DNA of 64,000 nucleotides from a phage: assembly GCA_024613925.1 (NCBI GenBank), contig GCA_024613925.1_4713.1; one strand, given 5' to 3'. The notes below the pieces were generated by a model, which had not been told where the DNA came from, ran no database searches, and was given only the letters and a program-made list of their open reading frames with translations. Shown in pieces: positions 43,429-52,434 of this stretch (the stretch's first letter is position 1; the number at the start of each line of letters is the position of its first letter). The position numbers were made by a program, and so were the translations under genes.

Positions 43429-45651
43429 TCAGTTAGTCTGAACAGGCAGCTTGATGTTTTCAGTGTAGACCTTACGCAGGTTCACAACGTTAATCAGACC
43501 CAGCAGCGGGCAGTTGTTAACGAAGCGGCAGCGCGGCTGAACCATGGTTTCTTTAGAAACCTGACCGTTACGGGTAACCTGAGCAACAGATACCAGTTCC
43601 GGTACGTACAGGAACATACCGAAGGTCAGCGGATCCGGAGAACCCTGGATACCACGAGACAGGGTCACGAAGATCTTATCACGCAGCAGGACGTTCGGGT
43701 TATCTACAACCACGAAGTTGAAGCTTACACCAACGGTACGGAAATCACCATCGGTCTGCAGGAACTGCGGGATGTAGTTGTCAGTTGCTACTACGCAACG
43801 CGGTTTCTCATCAGCGTTGGAAGACAGCAGCTGCAGAGCTGGCTGATAACCAGACTCGGAGTACATGCGATATGCCATCTCACGAATCACGTTCATGATC
43901 GCAGCGGACACTTCAGCACGACGTTCTGCAGTGGTGGTACCCTGAACAGATTTCTCCAGGTCCAGATTGATTTCTTCGAACCACGGACGGATCAGGTAAC
44001 GACCGAAACCTTCGATCTGGATGTCGCCGAACTGACGGAAGCGAGAGGTCGCAACCGCTTTCAGTGCGTCTTTGTAGCTGAACAGTTTCTCAACCATCAG
44101 GTTGTCGAAACGTGCGTTAGCAGCTTGGATCAGAACGTCCAGGTCGGCAGCGTTTTCTTCCCAATCCAGCGGACGAGGAATGGAGAACGGAGCCAGCAGG
44201 CCGATTGCGTAACGTTCTTGCTTCATGTTGAAGTCAAGGTGCTTACCGCGTTCACGACGGTTGCTGTTGTTACGACGGATACGCAGTTCGTAACCAACCA
44301 GTTTGAAGCTCAGGTCTTCAGCCAGTTGTTTGAACTCTTCGCTCTTACGCGGTTGTTCGATGTTGTCCTGATCAACCAGGCGATACAGTTCAGCGTTAGC
44401 GCCGTTAACACGCAGACCGGCTTTCTCTACGTTGGAAGAACCGTAAACTTCGATTGCCAGCTGAGCAGCGGATTTCGAATCGATGATGTCCTGCAGCGCT
44501 TCAGCTCGTGCACCTTTAACGTCAACGGTGTGCTCATCAACGAAGATGGAGTGGGTGTCGAACGCCAGGGTCATTTTGCGGAAGTCGCCTTCCAGGGATT
44601 TCTGGAAACCGTTGGTGATCAGACCAGATACGTCGAACGGTACGTAAGAGGTTTTGCTGTGCTTGGTAGATTTGATTTCCACCAGGATTTTGGTCAGCGT
44701 GATCTGGGCGTCCAGCGCATCGGTGTTGTCGCTGTAACCGTTAGCCAGGATGCTATCGTCTTCAGCAATACCGATCATGTCGATCAGTTTATCAACAGCC
44801 AGGTAAGACGTTTTATAAGTTACGCCTTTAATTTCGATGTTGCGCGGAGCAACGATAGCTTTGTCAACGAAGTACTGCGCGTTGGCATCGTCAGCACGAT
44901 AGATCGGATGCAGATCGGTCACGTCGTTGGACAGAACGTCGTTGTACATGAACGCATCCAGCAGCGGACGACGTACCCAATCAGCCGGAGTACCGTCAGC
45001 GTTACGACGCAGGTGGTTGAACACCAGCGGACGACGGAAAGATACGTCGTAACCGATCTGGTTCGGAGCCAGAACGATGGTGTTATACAGTTCGTTACCC
45101 ATGCGGCTCAGACGAGAAGCCTTCACGTTGAACACAACGGAGTACGGCATCATGTCACGCAGTTCTTTCTGGTCGTAAGACAGCTGAACCAGTTCTTCAG
45201 ATTCGCAACCGCAGGAATCAGCAGCCATCATGACGAAGTTAGAGCTGTCAACTTCACGGCCAGACGGAGTGGTGCTGATGTTCATGGAACGTGCTTGTTT
45301 AGCGTATTCCACCGGGTTACCATGAGCCAGCATGATCAGTGCTGCTGCACGAGCCTGCTGTGCGTTCATGGTGAACAGCTGTTCTTCAATACGCTGCTTC
45401 TCTTCCGGAGTGGTGGTTTCGAAGCCCAGCATGGACAGAACCGGTTCTTCTGCTTTACGGATGTCGCTGCTGAAGCTCTTAACATCCATTTCGTTAACCA
45501 GTTTGTCCATGGATTTGAAATCAACCTTAGAAGCAGATTCCATAGACAGGAAGGTGTTCTCCAGACCTTTGTCTGCTGGTTTGCTACCATTAGCGGTCAG
45601 GAACTGGCGAGTGGCCGCGACCTGTTGGCTAAGAAGGGTTTTATCATTCAT
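43429..45651 (-). CDS. major virion structural protein (major capsid protein-like; tail sheath not excluded)
   Basis: 740 aa, a size typical of giant-phage major capsid proteins; the whole gene lacks TTA, CTA and TCA codons (hence the 766-codon antisense ORF), indicating strong expression bias; flanked by a strong terminator. Confidence 0.45.
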   Translation of the reverse strand: MNDKTLLSQQVAATRQFLTANGSKPADKGLENTFLSMESASKVDFKSMDKLVNEMDVKSFSSDIRKAEEPVLSMLGFETTTPEEKQRIEEQLFTMNAQQARAAALIMLAHGNPVEYAKQARSMNISTTPSGREVDSSNFVMMAADSCGCESEELVQLSYDQKELRDMMPYSVVFNVKASRLSRMGNELYNTIVLAPNQIGYDVSFRRPLVFNHLRRNADGTPADWVRRPLLDAFMYNDVLSNDVTDLHPIYRADDANAQYFVDKAIVAPRNIEIKGVTYKTSYLAVDKLIDMIGIAEDDSILANGYSDNTDALDAQITLTKILVEIKSTKHSKTSYVPFDVSGLITNGFQKSLEGDFRKMTLAFDTHSIFVDEHTVDVKGARAEALQDIIDSKSAAQLAIEVYGSSNVEKAGLRVNGANAELYRLVDQDNIEQPRKSEEFKQLAEDLSFKLVGYELRIRRNNSNRRERGKHLDFNMKQERYAIGLLAPFSIPRPLDWEENAADLDVLIQAANARFDNLMVEKLFSYKDALKAVATSRFRQFGDIQIEGFGRYLIRPWFEEINLDLEKSVQGTTTAERRAEVSAAIMNVIREMAYRMYSESGYQPALQLLSSNADEKPRCVVATDNYIPQFLQTDGDFRTVGVSFNFVVVDNPNVLLRDKIFVTLSRGIQGSPDPLTFGMFLYVPELVSVAQVTRNGQVSKETMVQPRCRFVNNCPLLGLINVVNLRKVYTENIKLPVQTN

Positions 45652-45800
45652 TGAAAGTATCCTTTACAGAATTAACTTATATAAGTCGGTCGATAGACCA
45701 TAGCGTACACGCGTGCATGCGCCACTATAGTATCAGTAAACACTTACCGTTATTGAGGTCGTGATACAACACTAAAAATGCCGCATAACTTTTCCCTACG

Positions 45801-46421
45801 TCACAAACGACGCAGGCGATAATGGATGGAACGATTGGTGCAATATGAACGGAACAGCGGCAATTGCGCAACTTCCGCAAGACTCATATTAATTCGCAGG
45901 TGTTCAATAACGGCGCTGTAGTTATCAGCAATACGATCGCTCAATAACTCTTCTGCCAATAAAGGAAGACAATCGACAACAATCGCGATCACATCCTCAT
46001 TAACATAACGCACCCGAACACTCAACGGACGTTTGTCTGGGCTGTAAGTTGGATCCGCCAAACGACGTTCAATATCACGTGGATAGCTCGTCAGTAAATG
46101 GTAATAACCATTGTCATAACGATTGATGTACTCACACAGCACATCAACATTCTTCTCTGGCGGCAAACCTGTTTCGTCATAGTGATACGCAAACATACCA
46201 CCAAGCAGGTTGTTAAGATGAACCGCAGGGTTCGCTTGTTCGTGTTCTTTCGTGATGAAGAAAGGCACGTTCTGGGCTGCGAAATAAAAACCTACATCAT
46301 TGGGCGATAGTATGCCGAAAAGACTTTTAGGGTCTAATAACACCTGTAAGTCATCACGCGCATTTCGAATAATCGCGTGTTCTACCCAATTCGGAACGAC
46401 GAGATATCGGAGTTCCTTCAT
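45801..46421 (-). CDS. hypothetical protein
   Basis: 206-aa ORF immediately upstream (in transcription order) of the major structural gene. Confidence 0.45.
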   Translation of the reverse strand: MKELRYLVVPNWVEHAIIRNARDDLQVLLDPKSLFGILSPNDVGFYFAAQNVPFFITKEHEQANPAVHLNNLLGGMFAYHYDETGLPPEKNVDVLCEYINRYDNGYYHLLTSYPRDIERRLADPTYSPDKRPLSVRVRYVNEDVIAIVVDCLPLLAEELLSDRIADNYSAVIEHLRINMSLAEVAQLPLFRSYCTNRSIHYRLRRL

Positions 46422-48071
46422 TATGATTACCTCTTTGCAAGTATCGAAAGGATTGAGTCGATGGACCCAAAACAGATAGCCATTAAGATTATTACGTTAC
46501 TGTTTCGTAATGCACAATTGAACCATCCCGATCCCAGTACGATCGAACATGTTAAATCCGTCTTAGATAAAGTCGAACCCCCGAAAAACCATCTCGCTAC
46601 GGACGTAGATAGAGAGGTTTTCAACAACCTGATGAATACCATTCATTGGATGTTGGAACAACCATTATCGGAACCTTTCGATAAACAACAGTTGTTACAA
46701 AGGATACGTTTAGATTGCCTTGAACAAAGCAACCTTTACGAGATTCTTGCCGACGGACTGTACGATATCGAAGACGACGCTCATATCAGTAAGGTCTGTT
46801 CACTCTATTACAACGAATTACGTAATCTGGTTACCCGCCGTCGTGTTTTCGAAACCTTTAGAAACACGTACATGGATATCAGTAACGGGCGACTTGGGGA
46901 TAAAGAATTTTTCGATGCGATGGCGAATTTGAAATTATCGCTAGACAGTATCGAAATGGATACCGAAAATCCCGAAGAGATGGCGTGTATGATTGACGGC
47001 TTTATCGCCGACAGCGAAGACGATATCGAGAAAGTTGAACGTATGTTCGTCAAAGCGATGGAACGTAACAGTCCTGAAGGTGGATTTGTAACCGGCTGGC
47101 AAGGCTTTAATAAAATGTTGGGGTCGGTCGGCGTTTTACGTCGCGGTACCTTAGGACTGATTGGTGCAATGCAGCACCGGAACAAGTCAGGTGTGTTGTT
47201 AAAACTGTTCACGCATCTGGCACTGTACAATAAACCCCATTTCTTTTTTCCGGAGCGAGCAAAGAAAGCATTACTGATTCATTTGTCGACAGAAAACGAA
47301 GTGGAAGAAAACACGCTTCAAATATACAAGAACATGCGAGAACAGGAAACAGGCGAATATGTCGATATTCGTAAGATTGACCCTCGCGAGGCATCACGTT
47401 ATGTGTTGAAGGTGTTCAATGATGCGGGTTTCTCTGTTTGTATGCGTCGTGTTGATGGGATGAGTTATAAACAACTCGCTAATCTCATCGACCATTTCGA
47501 ACGCATGGGTTATGAAGTCATGGCATTGTTCATTGACTATCTGAAAATGTTCTCATCGGAAGGGCTGGATAGAAATGGACCGACCGGCGCATGGCTCCAA
47601 GAACTCTTCAACAAAGTACGTAACCTCTGCAGCGTTAAACGTATTTTAGGTATGACCGTACACCAGCTGTCATCCGACGCGAAGATGCGTGCACGTGACG
47701 GTAACGATGAAGAGTTTGTTGACCAAGTCGCAGGTTTAAGTTACTGGGATGGTTGTAAAGGGATTGACCGTGAGATTGACCTTGAAGTGATTGTTGATAT
47801 CGTTAAGGAACCGGGCAAACGTCAAAGCTGGCAAGTCTTTGCATTAGGGAAAGACCGTCAACCGGATAACGGTTCAACGAAACCTGAAGACAAACATTTC
47901 GCGATGCCATTCCAAACCATCGGGATGCTTCCTGATGATTACGGTAAGAAAGCGGTATATTGCCGCAAGGTTGGCGGACAACCTGTCTCCGAGGGAGGTA
48001 AAGGTCCGTGGAACAAGTTCGATGAAAACGCAGCACCGAGTAATGAATTACAATTTGATTTAGAATTTTAA
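46377..48071 (+). CDS. DnaB-family helicase-like protein with a variant P-loop
   Basis: VTGWQGFNKMLGSVG...LGLIGAMQHRNKSGVL aligns to the DnaB H1 region (VTG...LIIVAARPSMGKT) but has N where the glycine before the lysine is expected; VMALFIDYLKMF matches the DnaB Walker B box LIVIDYLQLM; likely true start MDPKQIAIKI (about 46453). Confidence 0.45.
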   Translation: MFYPIRNDEISEFLHYDYLFASIERIESMDPKQIAIKIITLLFRNAQLNHPDPSTIEHVKSVLDKVEPPKNHLATDVDREVFNNLMNTIHWMLEQPLSEPFDKQQLLQRIRLDCLEQSNLYEILADGLYDIEDDAHISKVCSLYYNELRNLVTRRRVFETFRNTYMDISNGRLGDKEFFDAMANLKLSLDSIEMDTENPEEMACMIDGFIADSEDDIEKVERMFVKAMERNSPEGGFVTGWQGFNKMLGSVGVLRRGTLGLIGAMQHRNKSGVLLKLFTHLALYNKPHFFFPERAKKALLIHLSTENEVEENTLQIYKNMREQETGEYVDIRKIDPREASRYVLKVFNDAGFSVCMRRVDGMSYKQLANLIDHFERMGYEVMALFIDYLKMFSSEGLDRNGPTGAWLQELFNKVRNLCSVKRILGMTVHQLSSDAKMRARDGNDEEFVDQVAGLSYWDGCKGIDREIDLEVIVDIVKEPGKRQSWQVFALGKDRQPDNGSTKPEDKHFAMPFQTIGMLPDDYGKKAVYCRKVGGQPVSEGGKGPWNKFDENAAPSNELQFDLEF

Positions 48072-48096
48072 ACGCAAAAAAAAAGATTGTACGGTT

Positions 48097-48128
48097 CCCT
48101 CCTCCAACCCGTAAGGGAAGGAGGAGGG
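48097..48128. terminator. CCTCC/GGAGG-arm hairpin between convergent genes (probably bidirectional terminator)
   Basis: ccctcctcc-aacccgtaagggaa-ggaggaggg with A9 tract upstream. Confidence 0.6.
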
Positions 48129-48144
48129 GTTATGACCGCTTTGA

Positions 48145-48471
48145 TTAACTTATTGTCATGAATTCATTAGGTGAAAATTTCCAGCCGTTCTCAGTGAGAA
48201 GCGTGTTGAGTTTCGCCGCAACGATAAGCCATGCGTGCATGGCTGTTACATCGTATTGGCGATTCACTCGACGTTGGTTTTCGATATTGATTTGCTCCTG
48301 TTCAGTGATGTTTGGATAAAGTGCGATAGCGCTAGGTTTACCCAGCGCGCTAGTCATCACCGCCGTACATTCACTGATAATGTTGTTTAAGTGGTAGTTA
48401 TACACCGTTCCACGCATGACGCGATGACGGCATTCGATAATAGCGTCGTAAATGATTTCTCGAGTAATCAT
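48145..48471 (-). CDS. hypothetical protein
   Basis: 108-aa ORF. Confidence 0.4.
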   Translation of the reverse strand: MITREIIYDAIIECRHRVMRGTVYNYHLNNIISECTAVMTSALGKPSAIALYPNITEQEQINIENQRRVNRQYDVTAMHAWLIVAAKLNTLLTENGWKFSPNEFMTIS

Positions 48472-48477
48472 GATAAT

Positions 48478-48879
48478 TTAAAACATACGGTCGTTTTTAG
48501 CACGGGCGTTCATTACCAGATCGTAGATGCCTGCGGTTCGTAAGCACTCTTCGTAGTAACGATGTGCGCCTTCATCAGCCATCCATGATAACCCTCGGCT
48601 ATCCGCAACAATAACCAGTTTATTATTGTTGAACGCACACACCACACGGTAGGTCGCGTTGTTATTCGGATCGCGAGTGATAAGTTCGTAGACGCCGTTA
48701 ACAGGTTTACTGAATTCACCATTTAACGGAACGAGTTCGGTAGTACCTTCAGCAAACGTTACGTTGATCGGTGATGGATCTTTAGCGATAACAGTATATT
48801 CCACATTGTGTTCTTTACTGGTCATAATACCGAAGTAAGAACTCACAGGGGAACGTGGTACACTAAGAATATTAAACAT
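48478..48879 (-). CDS. hypothetical protein
   Basis: 133-aa ORF. Confidence 0.4.
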   Translation of the reverse strand: MFNILSVPRSPVSSYFGIMTSKEHNVEYTVIAKDPSPINVTFAEGTTELVPLNGEFSKPVNGVYELITRDPNNNATYRVVCAFNNNKLVIVADSRGLSWMADEGAHRYYEECLRTAGIYDLVMNARAKNDRMF

Positions 48880-48949
48880 AGATGTTGTCCTCTTAATTGG
48901 ATTTAGATTGTTGGGTGTGTTATTGGGAAATGAAAACGTTGTTTCGGTT

Positions 48950-49519
48950 TTAGACGATGAGTGACCAGGTAGTAAGCACCCCGCTCGCGAATTCGAGCTT
49001 AAGACGTTTACCGATAAGTTGTTGCTGGATCATCTTCTCGGTGATACGTCGATCGTGCTGAACCGCTTTATCAAACGCTTCTTTCGCTTCAGCTTGGTAG
49101 AAGTTCGTTTCTTCGTTTTCGTCGATCTCTTCGAGAGCATCGTCGTCGATGTCAGCAAGTTTCACTCGACCGTTTTCATCAGGTTGTTCTGCAGGTTCAT
49201 TGTCATAAGGCGTGTCTTTTGTTGGTGCGACACGATGTTGCAACTCGACCTGCGTTAACATGATCTCCATCTCACCATCGATAGGAATGATTTCATCGAC
49301 GCTGCCGTTTTCGGTCAACTCCCGACTTTCCAGTAATGTCGTCGTAACAGAGAACACCTCTTCAACAGGAACCTCATCATCGTCGATAGTGTTAACCGTA
49401 TTGCTGGTAACTTCAGCAACGACCATCAAATCAAATGCGTGAGGGTCACCTGGCATTTTGATTCCTGGAAGTTTGTTGAGGTACCAAGGATCAAGAATCA
49501 TGATTTCTGGATTAAACAT
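48950..49519 (-). CDS. strongly acidic hypothetical protein
   Basis: 189 aa with a large excess of D/E (for example IDDDEVPVEEVF and ADIDDDALEEIDENEETNFY). Confidence 0.45.
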   Translation of the reverse strand: MFNPEIMILDPWYLNKLPGIKMPGDPHAFDLMVVAEVTSNTVNTIDDDEVPVEEVFSVTTTLLESRELTENGSVDEIIPIDGEMEIMLTQVELQHRVAPTKDTPYDNEPAEQPDENGRVKLADIDDDALEEIDENEETNFYQAEAKEAFDKAVQHDRRITEKMIQQQLIGKRLKLEFASGVLTTWSLIV

Positions 49520-49834
49520 CGTATTTTACCTTTCTATGTTAGGTGGGTTGCGGATAGAAGAATCAATGCATAGATTGATCGTTCTTTGTTAGAAATTATT
49601 GCCGAACCGGTTATGGTTATATGGTTGGTAGTACGCCATAGGCTCCGGTTTAGGGATTTCCATGGTCGGATTTTTGGAATTGATTGCCATCACGTAAATT
49701 GTTACGGGCGATACCGCGTGATTCATTTCGACGGCCACACGGTTGTTTGATCGATTGTTCAACTGGTACTGATTACGATTGGTTGATAACAGTAGAGCTA
49801 CTGCCTAAAACTCTACCGTTGTTTAGATACCGTA

Positions 49835-50695
49835 TTAGGATATACGGTGCATCGTCGGTGCGATTGGTCGTTGACCAAGGTAGAATGTATATCTCGGACG
49901 ATTTTTCGGTGCCTGGTTCGGTTGAGGATTCTTCGAATCGATAGCTAACACGTAGTACTGAAGTGTGGGGTTGAGTGTCGTCAGATAGTTTCTGATGAAC
50001 TCCTCGTTTAAACTTTCAGTCGGGGTTAGTATGTGCCCGTTGATTGTAACGACGGTACCATCGGAACGTATTTCACGAACAATGCACCAAGCCCCCGCAC
50101 CAACATCGGTAGGAATAGTCGTGCTGGGAGTAATGGTTAGATATTTATCGAAGAATTCGCAACAAAGAGGATGCATGTAGACCGTTACGGTATCATCTCC
50201 TGGCGAGGTTCTCTCTTTTGTTACAGGATCCTTCGTCGGTACAAATGTGTTAATTTTGGCTACCTTATCAGCATCTTCGTTCGCTTCGATATAAATCTCT
50301 GCTTTACCATGTACGCTCTGAGCTATACGACGTAACTGTTCGTATGTTTTCGGTGAGGTTAGCTGTACCCGACTGAGCAGCTCATCGTACCAAGCTTCGA
50401 AGGTGCTTGTTGGTATCTTAACGTATGCCTTATTTCCGGTTTCATTTTCATCCCGGAAGATAATCGCAACGGTATCAGGCTCATCAAGAGAATCCAGGTA
50501 AACAATGTGTTCGACCAACGCAGAAAACGTTTTACGTCCGGTTCCTCCATAGTACGGGTTTGCTGAATGAACCAGCCGCCAGTTACATGAAGTTTGGATA
50601 TGATCGAAGGCGTTGATCATGTTTTTACTGTAACGAAAAATTTCAGTAAAATATTCTTTACGTTCTTTACTAAGACGTTTGTATATCTTGGTCAT
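49835..50695 (-). CDS. paralog family B member
   Basis: 286 aa; C-terminal half (YMHPLCCEFFDKYLTI ... GAGAWCIVREIRSDGTVVTINGH ... LNEEFI) matches 50749..51549. Confidence 0.5.
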   Translation of the reverse strand: MTKIYKRLSKERKEYFTEIFRYSKNMINAFDHIQTSCNWRLVHSANPYYGGTGRKTFSALVEHIVYLDSLDEPDTVAIIFRDENETGNKAYVKIPTSTFEAWYDELLSRVQLTSPKTYEQLRRIAQSVHGKAEIYIEANEDADKVAKINTFVPTKDPVTKERTSPGDDTVTVYMHPLCCEFFDKYLTITPSTTIPTDVGAGAWCIVREIRSDGTVVTINGHILTPTESLNEEFIRNYLTTLNPTLQYYVLAIDSKNPQPNQAPKNRPRYTFYLGQRPIAPTMHRIS

Positions 50696-50748
50696 TTTTG
50701 TAGCTCCTTGATTAAAGTAAGGATGGATACGATTATTTATTATCGCTT

Positions 50749-51549
50749 TTAGTTTTTACCATTCCCCCAGCAGGGTTCTTCGTAAAAATGGTGCGGATAG
50801 CGATAATGAGAATTATTGGGTCTTCCTGTCGTTTCTTTCTGTGAGTCGACGACTAACGCGTAAAATAATTGGTGCTTGTCCATCATCGAAAAGTAAGAGG
50901 CAAGCAGTTTTTCGTTTAACGCGTCGCATGGTCGACAGGTACGACCACAAAGCGTTACGATACGGCCGTCAGGATAAACTTCACGGATCGTTCGCCATTC
51001 ACCGATACCAACCGGCGATGGTGCTGATGTGCCGCCCGCTATCGTTAAATATCGGTCGTACGTAGTACGGCATTCGGGATGAACGTAAATTGGCTGGGTA
51101 TTAGTACTGTCGTTTTCGGTTTGATGTTTACTCACGTATACCTCAAGGTAGATCGTTGGTAATCCGATTAGAACGCCGGTATCACGACGTTTTTTGGTAA
51201 TCCGAGGACGGATACTATCGAGCACGCTTTCCAGTTTTTCTGCGACTTCGTCAGCCGGTAATATATACCAGTATTGTGGTTCTGGGTCATCACCATGACT
51301 GAATAAGATACGACAGTCGGTGCTATTATTTTCTTCTACTTCAGGCGGGAAGATGATGGTGTGAACCGTATGACGTTCTGCGATATAAAATCCTTCGGGT
51401 CCCTCAGTTTTGGTAAGTGTAAAGGACCAGGGTGAACAATCTTCAGGTGATAAGCCTGCTAGGAAAAAGTTCGTCCGGATTGGCGCGTCCCATTTCGTGA
51501 TCATGTTAGCGTGACCAATAACACCTAACTTTTGATAAATATCTGTCAT
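50749..51549 (-). CDS. paralog family B member
   Basis: start set at ATG of MTDIYQKLGV (51549) because the track ORF (to 51675) runs through promoter copy D and into the terminator hairpin; YVHPECRTTYDRYLTI ... GIGEWRTIREVYPDGRIVTLCG ... LNEKLL. Confidence 0.5.
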   Translation of the reverse strand: MTDIYQKLGVIGHANMITKWDAPIRTNFFLAGLSPEDCSPWSFTLTKTEGPEGFYIAERHTVHTIIFPPEVEENNSTDCRILFSHGDDPEPQYWYILPADEVAEKLESVLDSIRPRITKKRRDTGVLIGLPTIYLEVYVSKHQTENDSTNTQPIYVHPECRTTYDRYLTIAGGTSAPSPVGIGEWRTIREVYPDGRIVTLCGRTCRPCDALNEKLLASYFSMMDKHQLFYALVVDSQKETTGRPNNSHYRYPHHFYEEPCWGNGKN

Positions 51550-51604
51550 GATTGTATCCTCGATTATTAAGAGAAATTTACAATGATAACAGTAACCGCT
51601 GTTA

Positions 51605-51629
51605 TCACCTAGGTAATGTAGTCGTGAAA
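51605..51629 (-). promoter_or_regulatory. conserved promoter-like motif, copy D (minus reading TTTCACGACTACATTACCTAGGTGA)
   Basis: near-identical to copies A, B and C; about 64 nt upstream of the ATG at 51549. Confidence 0.5.
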
Positions 51630-51664
51630 TAAACTGGGGTAATGCGAAATAAGACAGCATAGAA

Positions 51665-51696
51665 CCCTCTCCCAACCCGTAAGGGAAGGGAGAGGG
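51665..51696 (-). terminator. intrinsic terminator, CCTCC/GGAGG-arm hairpin family
   Basis: ccctctccc-aacccgtaagggaa-gggagaggg; 6 nt after the stop of 51703..52434; minus strand continues TTCTATGCTGTCTTATTTCG. Confidence 0.65.
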
Positions 51697-51702
51697 AATA
51701 TA

Positions 51703-52434
51703 TCACCAATGATCGAAGGAACCAGGAGTGTTACGAACGATCTCAACTTGGAAGGTTATTGGTACTGATGGCAATGAAACATATTCGCGTTGCGATAGCG
51801 GGACGTTGTCTTCTCGCTCATCGATGCGAGCAGAACCTGTCAGAAATTGGAACATAGCGACTTGAAGCTCATCGGTGAAACGGAGGTACTCACCGATGTG
51901 TGGTGTTGCATCATATCGAATAAGTACGTTGCCAAACCGTCGTGCGATATTTGGAGTATCTGTGAACGAAACAGGGAAATCCAAAGTCATTCCCATCGTT
52001 TCACCTGGCTTCATTTTCCGAATCGACGCAATTGGCACGTCGAAGATATTCCATTCTTCTTTCATCGTGTCTGGAAACACACCGCGATACAAGATGGTCT
52101 TTTGATGACGATGAACGGGTTGTAAACGGTCAACCAATATTTTCAAAGGTTTAAGTTCTTCAGCCAATTCATAATCTGCTTGGATGTTCCACTTTGCCGC
52201 AAGTTCCATTAGGTTGGGATACGCGCTATATTTATTGACGATAGCCCAGTTAACATTACGCAAATCAATAGGAAGGAATTTGATAATTTCCTTGTTGAAT
52301 ATCCATTGGTTTAATTTCTTAATCTCCGAAAGCATGATGTACTCACTACAGCTAAACGGTTGGACGAACGGTGTTGTCTTTTTCTGGTGCAAGCCATAAC
52401 GTGACCGTACCATGGCATGTCCACTGTGGTTCAC
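51703..52434 (-). CDS. hypothetical protein
   Basis: 243-aa ORF; true start probably internal (MLSEIKKLNQ, about 52335), which removes the overlap with the upstream gene. Confidence 0.45.
   Translation of the reverse strand: MNHSGHAMVRSRYGLHQKKTTPFVQPFSCSEYIMLSEIKKLNQWIFNKEIIKFLPIDLRNVNWAIVNKYSAYPNLMELAAKWNIQADYELAEELKPLKILVDRLQPVHRHQKTILYRGVFPDTMKEEWNIFDVPIASIRKMKPGETMGMTLDFPVSFTDTPNIARRFGNVLIRYDATPHIGEYLRFTDELQVAMFQFLTGSARIDEREDNVPLSQREYVSLPSVPITFQVEIVRNTPGSFDHW

Noticed and set aside
43354-45654. 766-aa plus-strand ORF as a gene
   Set aside because: Codon-aligned antisense shadow of the minus-strand structural gene; its product is low-complexity, V/R/Q/F-rich antisense-type sequence and its start lies inside the terminator region. 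The minus-strand protein reads as a genuine protein.
49684-49944. 86-aa plus-strand ORF in the 315-bp gap
   Set aside because: No ribosome-binding site; it runs into the 3-prime end of the minus-strand gene 49835..50695 and has Arg/Ser-rich antisense-like composition.
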